Of a stretch of DNA of 64,000 nucleotides, positions 42,565-52,107 are shown piece by piece. The notes under the pieces are model-generated. The model was not told the origin of the DNA. It did no database searches and worked only from the letters and a program-made list of their open reading frames with translations. Source of the stretch: Chitinophagaceae bacterium (GTDB taxonomy: Bacteria > Bacteroidota > Bacteroidia > Chitinophagales > Chitinophagaceae). Location: the NCBI GenBank assembly GCA_947456805.1, contig CANGTN010000005.1, positions 1,594-65,593 of the forward strand, in the 5' to 3' direction. Each line of letters begins with the position of its first letter. Within the stretch, counting starts at the first letter, position 1. The translations under genes and the position numbers were made by a program.

Positions 42565-42593
42565 GCAAATGTAAGTGATTGCCTTACATTTGC
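42565..42593. promoter_or_regulatory. 11-bp perfect palindrome GCAAATGTAAG-tgattgc-CTTACATTTGC. The right arm carries the ftsX -7 box (TACATTTG, 42585-42592). The left arm is the same box on the opposite strand.
   Basis: Read directly. The right arm ends 27 nt upstream of the ftsX ATG (42621). Confidence 0.5.
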
Positions 42594-42620
42594 TTGTTGA
42601 AACTCTTTAAATTATTAACT

Positions 42621-43493
42621 ATGGCAAGTGCAGGAAAAACATCTTTAAAACGTAGTCCTAACTTTATTAATAGCATTGTTGGTGTGGCGTTGGTATTGCT
42701 TGTAATGGGTATTATGGGTTGGTTTTTTTTATATGCAAGCGGTATGTCGAAAGCGTTGAAAGAAGATGTGCCTATTAATGCATATTTAAGAACCTTGAAC
42801 AAGGATACAATTGGTCAAATACAACAATACATTGCATCTCAGCCTTATGCAAAGAATGTAAAATACATTGATAAAGAAGCTGCAAAGAAAATTTGGAATG
42901 CAGAAAATAATGAGGAATGGAGTAAAATTTTGGATGTAAATCCGTTGCCGGAAAGCATTGATTTTTTTGCAAAATCCGAGTATGTCAATAAGGATAGTTT
43001 AGAAAAAATTGTAGCTAATATAAATAGTATTTATGGCAATCAAATTACAGATATTAAATATCAACCGTCGCTGGTAAGTAATATTGACTCAAAGGCTAAA
43101 ACATTGGGGTTGATATTTTTAGTGGCGGGAATTATTCTTTCTGTAATTGTGATTGTGAGTATTGACAACACCATACGACTCGCAATGTTTAGCAACAGAT
43201 TTTTGATTAAAACCATGCAAATGGTTGGAGCAACAAGAGGATTTATCAGCCGTCCGATGACTATTAGGGCAATTATCAACGGAATGATTAGTGCGGTAAT
43301 TGCGATTATATTAATTATCAGTCTAATTACATGGGCAGAGAGTTTGGAGCCCCAACTGAAAAATATCAGGGATACGAAACTAAATATTATTTTGTTTGCA
43401 GGAATGATGGTAGTCGGTGTTGGAATTTCGTGGTACAGCACACATAGAAGTGTATTGAAGTATTTGAAAATGAAACTGGACGATTTGTATTAA
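42621..43493 (+). CDS. ftsX: FtsX-like cell-division permease
   Basis: About 290 aa from the ATG at 42621 (MASAGKTSLKRS...). TM1, a periplasmic ECD-like loop, and three C-terminal TM helices with FSNRFLIKTMQMVGATRGFI. The track start 42579 lies inside the promoter palindrome. Confidence 0.8.
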   Translation: MASAGKTSLKRSPNFINSIVGVALVLLVMGIMGWFFLYASGMSKALKEDVPINAYLRTLNKDTIGQIQQYIASQPYAKNVKYIDKEAAKKIWNAENNEEWSKILDVNPLPESIDFFAKSEYVNKDSLEKIVANINSIYGNQITDIKYQPSLVSNIDSKAKTLGLIFLVAGIILSVIVIVSIDNTIRLAMFSNRFLIKTMQMVGATRGFISRPMTIRAIINGMISAVIAIILIISLITWAESLEPQLKNIRDTKLNIILFAGMMVVGVGISWYSTHRSVLKYLKMKLDDLY

Positions 43494-43552
43494 AAATGGT
43501 TGTTTTAGATAGAAATAACTTTTCATTATATTGCAACTCTTAATTCAATTTT

Positions 43553-43801
43553 ATGAGCAATAAAAAAAATGTGTCTTCTTCTCTTTTTGGTAAAGAAAAT
43601 TATATCTGGATGGCAATTGGCGCTGTGATTATTGCTATTGGTATGTTTTTAATGAGTGGCGGTAAAAACCAAGACCCTAAAGTATTTGATACTAATGTAG
43701 TGTATAGTTTTACAAGAATTACCGTAGCGCCTATTTTAATTTTGTTGGGATTTGTAGTTGAGATTTATGCAATTTTTAAGAAGCCAAAAGCGACTAACTA
43801 G
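43553..43801 (+). CDS. DUF3098 domain-containing small membrane protein
   Basis: 82 aa. FGKENYIWMAIGAVIIAIGMFLMSGG plus a second TM helix. The position after ftsX is the usual Bacteroidota synteny as I recall it. Confidence 0.65.
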   Translation: MSNKKNVSSSLFGKENYIWMAIGAVIIAIGMFLMSGGKNQDPKVFDTNVVYSFTRITVAPILILLGFVVEIYAIFKKPKATN

Positions 43802-43821
43802 TTTGATTTTAATAATGCGAA

Positions 43822-43848
43822 AGCGATGAAATTTTCATCGCTTTTTTG
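43822..43848 (+). terminator. Rho-independent terminator after the DUF3098 gene
   Basis: AGCGATGA-aattt-TCATCGCT followed by TTTTTGTTT. Confidence 0.75.
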
Positions 43849-43884
43849 TTTCTTTAGTTTTTCAAAAAATATTTTTATACGATT

Positions 43885-44682
43885 ATGAATACCATACAAT
43901 CTGTTGTAATAGCAATAATAGAAGGGCTTACAGAATTTTTGCCTATTTCATCCACTGCCCACATGAAGATTGCAAATCCATTGTTGAAAATATCTAATAA
44001 TGCTTTTACTGATTTGTTTGAAGTGGTGATACAATTGGCTGCGATACTTAGTGTGGTAACTATTTACTGGAAAAAGTTTTTTGATTTTTCAAAGTTTGAT
44101 CTCTATATAAAACTGGTGATTGCAGTAATCCCTGCATTGATTGGCGGAATCCTTTTAAAAAAACATATTGATGCTGCATTGAGTAACCTGACATTTATTG
44201 CTTGTGTAATGATTGGTGGTGGCATTATTTTATTGTTTATTGATAAGCTGTTTTCAAAAAATGAAATCCAAGAGGAGGAGAAGATTACTTATCCAAAAGC
44301 TTTTATGATAGGATGTTTTCAGGTATTGAGTATTGCTCTTCCGGGGTTAAGCAGAAGTGCAAGTACGATTATTGGAGGGATGTCTCAAAAGCTGACAAGG
44401 AAACTAGCAGCAGAATTTTCTTTTTTTTTGGCAGTGCCAACAATGGTTGCGGCAAGTGCTAAAAGTTTTTTAGATGTTTATAAAGAACATCCTGAAGTTT
44501 TGGTAAAAGATAATTTCGCAACATTAGGCTTAGGTGCTTTGGTGGCTTATGTGGTAGCACTGATTGCTGTGAAATTTTTTATCGGCTATTTACAAAAAAA
44601 TGGTTTTAAAATGTTTGGTTGGTACAGAATTGTTGCCGGTATTATTGTACTTATTTTAATTTATACAAAGCATTTAGGTTAA
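43885..44682 (+). CDS. uppP: Undecaprenyl-diphosphate phosphatase
   Basis: 265 aa. BacA/UppP motifs EGLTEFLPISSTAHM and PGLSRSASTIIGG. Confidence 0.9.
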   Translation: MNTIQSVVIAIIEGLTEFLPISSTAHMKIANPLLKISNNAFTDLFEVVIQLAAILSVVTIYWKKFFDFSKFDLYIKLVIAVIPALIGGILLKKHIDAALSNLTFIACVMIGGGIILLFIDKLFSKNEIQEEEKITYPKAFMIGCFQVLSIALPGLSRSASTIIGGMSQKLTRKLAAEFSFFLAVPTMVAASAKSFLDVYKEHPEVLVKDNFATLGLGALVAYVVALIAVKFFIGYLQKNGFKMFGWYRIVAGIIVLILIYTKHLG

Positions 44683-44765
44683 GTATTTTGAATCCAGCTT
44701 TGTTAACTTTATGGTTGAGTTTTTAATGCTATGAATTGCTATCTTTAAAACTCAAAACTGCTAAC

Positions 44766-46046
44766 ATGCAAACTGCTTCCAAAAAAGTAATTAATGGCTG
44801 GGCAATGTACGATTGGGCAAATAGTGCTTACTCGCTGATTATTACTTCTGCTATATTTCCTGCATATTATACTGCTATTGCACCTGCACAGGTGCAGCTA
44901 TTTGGTAGAACATTTGAACGTGCTGCATTAGCTTCTTATTCAATCTCTTTTTCGTTTTTATTAATTGCCTGCATTTCTCCAATTTTATCATCTATTGCAG
45001 ATTATAAAGGGAATAAAAAAGTTTTCATGCAATTCTTTACCTATGTTGGTTCGGCTGCATGTTGTAGCATGTTTTTCTTTACAAAAGACAATATCAGTTT
45101 CGGAATAATAGCAAGCGTTGTGGCGTCGATTGGCTATTGTGGCAGTATTGTTTTTTACAATGCGTATTTGCCGGAGATTGCAGCTGAGGAAGACCAAGAC
45201 CGTATCAGTGCCAAAGGCTTTACAATGGGTTATATTGGAAGTGTTTTATTAATGATTGTATGTCTTGCAGCCATCATGATGAATGACAAAATGAATTTAG
45301 GCTGGGGGTCTTATCCTGCAAGGCTTTCATTTTTAGCAGTAGGAATATGGTGGGCAGGATTTGCACAAATTACTTTCAATCGTTTGCCGCCCTCTAAAAT
45401 ACCTGAACAACATGCTGAATACAATCTTTTTACAAATGGTTTTCATGAATTAAAAAAAGTATGGTATGAGTTGAAGCACCATCCCAACTTAAGTAAATTT
45501 TTACGTAGTTTTTTCTTCTATAATATGGGTGTGCAGACGGTAATGTATTTGGCAACCTACTTTGCATCAGATGAACTTAAAATGGAATCCTCTCAATTAA
45601 TCATTACCGTTTTAATTATACAAATTGTAGCCATATTGGGTGCAACTTTATTTTCGAAGTTGTCCGATAAAACCAATAATATTTTCACGCTATGTACGTT
45701 GATTTGTATTTGGATATTGATTTGTTATTTCGCATCTATCGTTACAACAATTACACAATTTTATACGATTGCATTTTGTGTAGGAATGGTGATGGGTGGA
45801 ATTCAATCTATGAGCCGATCAACATATTCTAAATTATTGCCCGATACGAAAGATACTGCTTCATTTTTCAGTTTTTATGACGTATGTGATAAAATGGGAA
45901 CGGTTATTGGTACGCTTTCATTTGGTTATGTGAGTGAGTTTTTAGGTGGAATGCGTAACTCTGTATTGGCTTTGATGATCTTTTTTATTATTGGGCTCGT
46001 GTTACTTTTATTTGTAAAAATGAAAAGAAATCCTTCAATTGCATGA
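44766..46046 (+). CDS. MFS transporter, UMF1/Atg22-like family
   Basis: N-terminal INGWAMYDWANSAYSLIITSAIFPAYY signature and about 12 TM helices. The track start 44736 is TTG; the first ATG is at 44766. Confidence 0.75.
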   Translation: MQTASKKVINGWAMYDWANSAYSLIITSAIFPAYYTAIAPAQVQLFGRTFERAALASYSISFSFLLIACISPILSSIADYKGNKKVFMQFFTYVGSAACCSMFFFTKDNISFGIIASVVASIGYCGSIVFYNAYLPEIAAEEDQDRISAKGFTMGYIGSVLLMIVCLAAIMMNDKMNLGWGSYPARLSFLAVGIWWAGFAQITFNRLPPSKIPEQHAEYNLFTNGFHELKKVWYELKHHPNLSKFLRSFFFYNMGVQTVMYLATYFASDELKMESSQLIITVLIIQIVAILGATLFSKLSDKTNNIFTLCTLICIWILICYFASIVTTITQFYTIAFCVGMVMGGIQSMSRSTYSKLLPDTKDTASFFSFYDVCDKMGTVIGTLSFGYVSEFLGGMRNSVLALMIFFIIGLVLLLFVKMKRNPSIA

Positions 46047-46912
46047 TGAAATTATATTCAATAGAAACAGGCTATTTCAAATTGGATGGTGGTGCTATGT
46101 TTGGGGTTGTGCCAAAAAGTATCTGGCAAAAATTAAATCCACCCGATGAAAATAATTTATGTACATGGTCAATGCGTTGTTTATTAATTGAAGATGAAAA
46201 TCGTTTGATATTAGTTGATACCGGTATTGGAAATAAACAAGACGTCAAATTCTTCTCTCATTATTATTTGCATGGAGATGATACATTAGAAAAATCATTA
46301 TTAAAATATGGATTTACGAAAGATGATATTACCGATGTAATTCTTACGCACCTTCATTTTGACCATTGTGGTGGAAGTATTGAAAGAGTAAATGACAAAT
46401 TGGTTCCTGCATTTAAAAATGCCACATACTGGAGCAATGAAATGCATTGGCAATGGGCTATTGAGCCGAATGATAGAGAAAAGGCTTCGTTTTTAAAGGA
46501 CAACATTTTACCAATTCAGGAAAGTGGGCAATTGAAATTTATTGCAACACCTGAAAAAAATCCATCATCAACAGAGCTGGGCACTATCCATTTTTCAGAA
46601 CGTATTTCTATTCGTTTTGCCAGTGGACATACGGATGAAATGATGTTGCCTCAAATAAAATACAAAGATTACACCATTGTGTATATGGCTGATTTATTAC
46701 CAAGTGTTGGGCATATTCCCCTGCCTTATGTGATGGCTTATGATATGTTTCCATTAACCACATTAAAGGAGAAGAAAATTTTTTTAGAAGAAGCAGTTGA
46801 TAAAAAATATATCCTGTTTTTTGAGCACGACCCAATTCATGAATGTTGTACACTTCAACGAACAGAGAAGGGAATCAGAGTACTGGAAACTTTCGATTTG
46901 AGTAATTTATAA
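46043..46912 (+). CDS. MBL-fold metallo-hydrolase
   Basis: 289 aa. THLHFDHCGG (HxHxDH) motif. The ATG overlaps the MFS stop codon (ATGA at 46043-46046). Confidence 0.8.
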   Translation: MMKLYSIETGYFKLDGGAMFGVVPKSIWQKLNPPDENNLCTWSMRCLLIEDENRLILVDTGIGNKQDVKFFSHYYLHGDDTLEKSLLKYGFTKDDITDVILTHLHFDHCGGSIERVNDKLVPAFKNATYWSNEMHWQWAIEPNDREKASFLKDNILPIQESGQLKFIATPEKNPSSTELGTIHFSERISIRFASGHTDEMMLPQIKYKDYTIVYMADLLPSVGHIPLPYVMAYDMFPLTTLKEKKIFLEEAVDKKYILFFEHDPIHECCTLQRTEKGIRVLETFDLSNL

Positions 46913-46923
46913 AATATTTTTAT

Positions 46924-49650
46924 CTAATCTAAATTTTGTCCGAGCCATTTTTCAACTACTTCTATAGGCATTTCTTTTCTTTTAGAGTAATCTTCTAACT
47001 GATCGGGTTGAATTTTACCAACTCCATAATATTGACTTTGCGGATTGGCAAAATACCATCCGCAAACACTGCTTGCAGGATACATTGCCAAACTTTCTGT
47101 AAGTGTGATGCCAATATTTTCAGTTGTATTCAACAACTTAAATAATTTATATTTTTCAGTATGATCGGGACAAGCTGGGTAACCAGGTGCGGGTCTTATG
47201 CCTTGGTATTTTTCGCCAATAAGTTCCTCGTTGGTTAAATGTTCATCAGTTGCATAAGCCCAAAATTCTTTTCTTGTTTTTTCATGTAAGCACTCTGCAA
47301 ATGCTTCAGCCAATCTATCTGCTAAAGCTTGTAACATAATTTTATTGTAATCATCCAAAACGGCTTCAAATGCTTTTACATGAGGCTCAATGCCATCAAT
47401 AGTTACAGCAAATGCACCAATATGGTCCGGAAGATTATTTGATGTATTGTGTTGTTGTGGTTTGATAAAATCTGCCAACGAAATATTTGGTTGATTGGCT
47501 GCTTTCTGAATTTGTTGTCTTAAGAATTGTAATTTCATTTCAGCATAATCAGTGGTTACAACTACTTCGTCATTATTACTTGCTGCCTGCCAAAAACCAA
47601 TGACACCTTTTGCAGTTAACCATTTTTCTGCAATGATTTTATCCAAAAGTTTGTTTGCATCATTGTACAGGTTAGTTGCTTCAATACCTACAATTTCATC
47701 TTCTAAAATAGCGGGGAAGTTGCCATGCATTTCCCATGCAATGAAGAAAGGTTTCCAATCAATATACTTTCTCAAATCAGCTAAATCAAAATTTTGAAAT
47801 ACCTGAACACCAGTGAAATTGGGCTTTACAGGATGATAAGTATTCCAGTCAATTTTTACCTTGTTATTAACAGCATCATTGTAAGATAAATATTGTTTAA
47901 CTACTTTTTTATTATCAAAACTTTCTTTAAGTTTTAGATATTCATTTTTTATTTCGCTTAAATAATTTTCTTTTAAATCTCTATTTAACAAACTCCCGGC
48001 AACTGTAACACTTCTGCTTGCATCTAAAACATGCACCACGCCATTATCATATTCCGGTGCAATTTTTACAGCAGTATGCATGCGGCTAGTAGTAGCACCT
48101 CCAATTAGTAAAGGTTGCTTCATACCTCTGCGTTTCATCTCTTTTCCAATGTACACCATTTCATCTAAGCTTGGCGTAATTAATCCGCTTAAGCCAATGA
48201 TATCTACATTTTCTTTTTGTGCAGCATCTAATATTTTATCTGCAGGAACCATTACTCCTAGGTCAATAATATCATAACCATTGCAACCCAACACTACACC
48301 AACAATATTTTTTCCAATATCATGCACATCACCTTTTACAGTTGCTAATAAAATTTTTGCAGCACCTGCGCCTTCTTCATTTACGGTACCTGCAGCAAGA
48401 TGTGCTTGTTTGCGTTCTTCTTTTTCGGCTTCAATAAATGGCGTTAAAACAGCTACACTTTTTTTCATCACTCTGGCACTTTTAACCACCTGCGGTAAAA
48501 ACATTTTACCTGCGCCAAATAAATCTCCAACGATATTCATACCATCCATTAACGGCCCCTCAATTACATCTAATGGTCTTGGATATTGTTGTCTCGCTTC
48601 TTCTGTATCATCATCAATAAATTCTGTAATGCCATTAATTAAACTATGAGCCAATCTTTTTTCAACCGGTTCATTTCTCCAGCTTTCATCTCTTTCAACA
48701 ACTTTTCCTTTGGCTTTAACAGTTTCAGCAAATACAATTAATTTTTCTGTAGCCTCGTTGTTATCGTTATTTCTGTTTAAAATAACATCTTCACAAAGTG
48801 TTTTTAAATTGGGTTCAATTTCATCATACACCACCAACTGACCGGCGTTTACAATACCCATATCCATACCTGCCTTAATAGCATGATACAGAAAAACAGA
48901 ATGCATGGTTTCTCTTACGTGTTCATTGCCACGAAATGAAAAAGATAAATTACTTACGCCTCCGCTAATTTTTACTAAAGGATATTTTTGTTTGATGATG
49001 CGAGTGGCTTCAATAAAATCAACCCCATAATTATTGTGTTCTTCCAAGCCGGTAGCAACAGCGAAAATGTTTAAATCGAAAATAATATCCTGTGGCTGAA
49101 AGCCTACTTCATTAACCAATATTTTATAAGCTCTTTCTGCAATTTCAACTTTGCGTTGCATGGTATCTGCTTGTCCTTTTTCATCAAATGCCATAACAAT
49201 CACAGCCGCTCCAAATGCCTGACAGATGTATGCTTGCTCCCTAAATTTTTCTTCTCCTTCCTTCATAGAAATAGAGTTGACAATACATTTTCCTTGTACA
49301 CATTTTAATCCTGCTTCAATGATTTCAAACTTACTGCTGTCAATCATGATGGGTATTTTGGCAATATCGGGTTCGCTTTGTACCAAGTTTAAAAATGTAA
49401 CCATCGCTTGCTTACCATCTAACAAAGCATCATCCATGTTGATATCAATAATCTGTGCACCATTTTCTACCTGCTGACGTGCAACACTTAATGCTTCTTC
49501 AAATTGATTATTTAAAATCAACTTGGCAAATTTTTTACTTCCGGTAACATTGGTTCTTTCACCAACATTCACAAAATTTGTTTCAGGTCTTACCACCAAA
49601 GGTTCTAATCCTGATAAACGTAAATATGGAGGAATGTTTTTTGTACTCAT
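46924..49650 (-). CDS. metH: Methionine synthase, large subunit-like part (pterin-binding + B12-binding + AdoMet-activation domains)
   Basis: 908 aa. Pterin domain ([14 protein letters not shown]), B12 motif [11 protein letters not shown]...GLSGLITPS...GGA, and a C-terminal reactivation domain ([11 protein letters not shown]). Confidence 0.9.
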   Translation of the reverse strand: MSTKNIPPYLRLSGLEPLVVRPETNFVNVGERTNVTGSKKFAKLILNNQFEEALSVARQQVENGAQIIDINMDDALLDGKQAMVTFLNLVQSEPDIAKIPIMIDSSKFEIIEAGLKCVQGKCIVNSISMKEGEEKFREQAYICQAFGAAVIVMAFDEKGQADTMQRKVEIAERAYKILVNEVGFQPQDIIFDLNIFAVATGLEEHNNYGVDFIEATRIIKQKYPLVKISGGVSNLSFSFRGNEHVRETMHSVFLYHAIKAGMDMGIVNAGQLVVYDEIEPNLKTLCEDVILNRNNDNNEATEKLIVFAETVKAKGKVVERDESWRNEPVEKRLAHSLINGITEFIDDDTEEARQQYPRPLDVIEGPLMDGMNIVGDLFGAGKMFLPQVVKSARVMKKSVAVLTPFIEAEKEERKQAHLAAGTVNEEGAGAAKILLATVKGDVHDIGKNIVGVVLGCNGYDIIDLGVMVPADKILDAAQKENVDIIGLSGLITPSLDEMVYIGKEMKRRGMKQPLLIGGATTSRMHTAVKIAPEYDNGVVHVLDASRSVTVAGSLLNRDLKENYLSEIKNEYLKLKESFDNKKVVKQYLSYNDAVNNKVKIDWNTYHPVKPNFTGVQVFQNFDLADLRKYIDWKPFFIAWEMHGNFPAILEDEIVGIEATNLYNDANKLLDKIIAEKWLTAKGVIGFWQAASNNDEVVVTTDYAEMKLQFLRQQIQKAANQPNISLADFIKPQQHNTSNNLPDHIGAFAVTIDGIEPHVKAFEAVLDDYNKIMLQALADRLAEAFAECLHEKTRKEFWAYATDEHLTNEELIGEKYQGIRPAPGYPACPDHTEKYKLFKLLNTTENIGITLTESLAMYPASSVCGWYFANPQSQYYGVGKIQPDQLEDYSKRKEMPIEVVEKWLGQNLD

Positions 49651-49656
49651 CTTGTT

Positions 49657-50673
49657 TTATGCTAATGAAGTTGCTAATATTGGCAACTTTCTTGGTTGTA
49701 TATTTTTTACATTTTGTGCAATATGCCGAATATGATCGGGGGTTGTGCCACAGCATCCGCCAACAATGTTTACAAATCCTTCTTTTGCCCAGTCTTCTAA
49801 AAAGTGCGCTGTTTGATGTGGGGCTTCATCATATTCTCCCATCGCATTGGGTAACCCTGCATTTGGATAGGCAGATACATAGCAACTTGCAATTTGAGAA
49901 AGTTCTTCAATATGGCTGCGCATTTCAGAAGCACCAAGTGCACAATTTAATCCTACACTTAAAGGGTTGGCATGAGCAACAGAAACATAAAATGCTTCCA
50001 AAGTTTGTCCGCTTAATGTTCTTCCACTTGCATCTGTAATTGTGCCGCTTATCATGATAGGCAACTCAATACCATTCTCCCTAAAATATTTTTTTGCAGC
50101 AAAAATTGCCGCTTTTGCATTGAGTGTATCAAAAATAGTTTCGATCAATAGCACATCCACACCACCATCTATCAAGCCGCTGATTTGTTCGTAGTAAGCT
50201 GCTACAACTTCATCAAATGTTACAGCCCTATAGCCGGGATTGTTTACATCGGGAGAGAGAGATAGTGTTTTATTCAAAGGCCCAATAGCACCTGCAACAA
50301 ATTTTGGAATAGTGCTATTGGTTGTTGCTTGATATCTTTCAATTGCTTGTCGGGCACATTTTGCAGAGGCGACATTCAATTCATAAGCCAAAGATTGCAT
50401 TTCATAATCAGCCATTGCAATTGTGGTAGCACTGAATGTATTTGTTTCAATAATGTCCGCACCGGCTTCTAAATATTGAAGGTGAATGCCAATAATAATT
50501 TCGGGCTGAGTAATGCTTAATAAATCATTATTGCCTTTTACATCACTGTGCCAGTTGGCAAATCTTTCTCCACGGTAATCGGCTTCTTGTAATTTGTGAC
50601 GCTGAATCATAGTGCCCATTGCGCCATCGATGACTAAAATTCTTTTTTCTAATTCTTGATTAATTGTTGCCAT
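49657..50673 (-). CDS. Homocysteine S-methyltransferase domain protein (stand-alone N-terminal module of MetH)
   Basis: [13 protein letters not shown]. Zn ligands GLNCALG and [12 protein letters not shown]. The track start 50700 is TTG; the ATG at 50673 gives [11 protein letters not shown]... The stop is 6 nt before the metH ATG. Confidence 0.85.
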   Translation of the reverse strand: MATINQELEKRILVIDGAMGTMIQRHKLQEADYRGERFANWHSDVKGNNDLLSITQPEIIIGIHLQYLEAGADIIETNTFSATTIAMADYEMQSLAYELNVASAKCARQAIERYQATTNSTIPKFVAGAIGPLNKTLSLSPDVNNPGYRAVTFDEVVAAYYEQISGLIDGGVDVLLIETIFDTLNAKAAIFAAKKYFRENGIELPIMISGTITDASGRTLSGQTLEAFYVSVAHANPLSVGLNCALGASEMRSHIEELSQIASCYVSAYPNAGLPNAMGEYDEAPHQTAHFLEDWAKEGFVNIVGGCCGTTPDHIRHIAQNVKNIQPRKLPILATSLA

Positions 50674-50858
50674 TGCTTTTCTAATAATTTTATTTTCCAA
50701 ATTGGAAATACAATCAGGTTGTAAAAAAAATGTTTGGAGCGAACTTTAAAAAGCTGAAAATTTAACGTGCGGTAAACTGCATTTTGTACAGTATTGGACA
50801 TCGTTTATTAGTTCAGTTTTTAAAGTAGGGTGAACAATAAACAAATCTTCCTACGATG

Positions 50859-50866
50859 CAAATATA
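50859..50866 (-). promoter_or_regulatory. Candidate -7 box (TATATTTG, minus strand) upstream of the split metH genes
   Basis: Exact TAnnTTTG match on the minus strand. It implies a leader of about 150-180 nt. Confidence 0.35.
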
Positions 50867-50914
50867 CGTTGATAGCTTAGATGTTCAAATAATTTGTAGT
50901 GAACGCTTTAGAAA

Positions 50915-52078
50915 CTATTTATAAGTGCAATTCACTGTAATATCTAATAAATCAGCTACATCACTACCATCAATACCGTAATCCTGTACATGTATTTTGA
51001 AAATACCTTTAAGATTCAATATGCCGTTATTGATTATCAACTGACCTTCAACTTCAATTTTCTTTGTTACTCCGTGAATCGAAAGTTGACCATCGACAGT
51101 TATGGGGTAAGTCCCATTTTTTGTAAAATCAGTTGCAGTAATATTTTTCATTTTTCCTTTGAATTCACTTTTAGGAAATGAGTCGCTGTTAAGATAATCC
51201 GGTTCGTTGAAATGTTTTTGCATTAATTGATTGTCAAATTGAAAACCCTTTATCAATGCTGCAAATTTTATTTCTCCTGTTAATGCATTGATACTGCTGA
51301 TTAGTTGCTTATTTGTAGCTTCAATATCTTCTGCAGGAGTTTTTGAAAAAAACCGAATACTTCCAGTTGTACTTTTAAAAATCTTAGCGCCACTTGGTAG
51401 GGTTGTTGTATCCTTTTTTGAAACAGTATTATCCGTATTTGTGTTAGCATTGGTTGGTGTGTTAGATGCTGTAATATTTGTGTTTAAAACAACTGCTTCT
51501 GTTATCTGAATTTCACCAAGGATGAATCCAGTAAAAATTCCTTTCACAGTCACTGTAGTTCCGATTGGTAATGATTTTTTTTCTTTCAGATTTGCAGAAA
51601 CAATACCATCTTGAAAATTGGTTTTCAAAAATAATATGGTATTGGGATTGTTTTCTGACTTTGCTATAATACCCGTTACTTCTAATAATTTATTGTTGTA
51701 TTTTTTATTTGCTACTGCTTCATTGGTTAAAAATTCATTCATTAAACTGTCAGCAGAAATGCCAATTCCTGCTTCAGAAGTTCTGTCTGTTTTTGCTGGA
51801 GATTGCAGATAAATAGCATAGTACCAAATGGAGGAAATGGTAATGATAATGGCTAATAAAAAAGCGATTAAGATAAATTTATTTTTTTTGAAATTGGCAA
51901 TGCTGTATGCACCGATTCCAACTATTGGAATTAATCCAATAATTACCCAAATAATTTTATTTTGTTTGGAAATATCAGTTCTTTTTAAAAGATGCATCAA
52001 TACAATCATTGCGATAGTAAACCAAGTTGCAGTAATGATTCCAAACATCACGGGTAAATCTTTTACTAGGCTGAACAT
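50915..52078 (-). CDS. Membrane-anchored fusion protein: PLD-nuclease-N-like TM segment + OB-fold (tRNA_anti-like) + YceI-like domain
   Basis: 387 aa. NKIIWVIIGLIPIVGIGAY (TM), then SADSLMNEFLTNEAVANKKYNNKLLEVTGII (OB-like), a Thr/Asn linker, and a YceI-like part: SIRFFSKTPAEDIEATN...DSFPKSEFKGKM...VDGQLSIHGVTKKIEVEG. Confidence 0.6.
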   Translation of the reverse strand: MFSLVKDLPVMFGIITATWFTIAMIVLMHLLKRTDISKQNKIIWVIIGLIPIVGIGAYSIANFKKNKFILIAFLLAIIITISSIWYYAIYLQSPAKTDRTSEAGIGISADSLMNEFLTNEAVANKKYNNKLLEVTGIIAKSENNPNTILFLKTNFQDGIVSANLKEKKSLPIGTTVTVKGIFTGFILGEIQITEAVVLNTNITASNTPTNANTNTDNTVSKKDTTTLPSGAKIFKSTTGSIRFFSKTPAEDIEATNKQLISSINALTGEIKFAALIKGFQFDNQLMQKHFNEPDYLNSDSFPKSEFKGKMKNITATDFTKNGTYPITVDGQLSIHGVTKKIEVEGQLIINNGILNLKGIFKIHVQDYGIDGSDVADLLDITVNCTYK

Positions 52079-52107
52079 GCTTTAATTTTAAAGTAGTTTG
52101 AAATAAA

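Noticed and set aside
46924-50700. Possibility that the two-gene metH is a pseudogene broken by a nonsense mutation.
   Set aside because: Both ORFs are intact, with all catalytic motifs. The break falls exactly at a domain boundary, and a proper ATG lies 6 nt after the stop. I keep it as a low-interest finding, not as a pseudogene.
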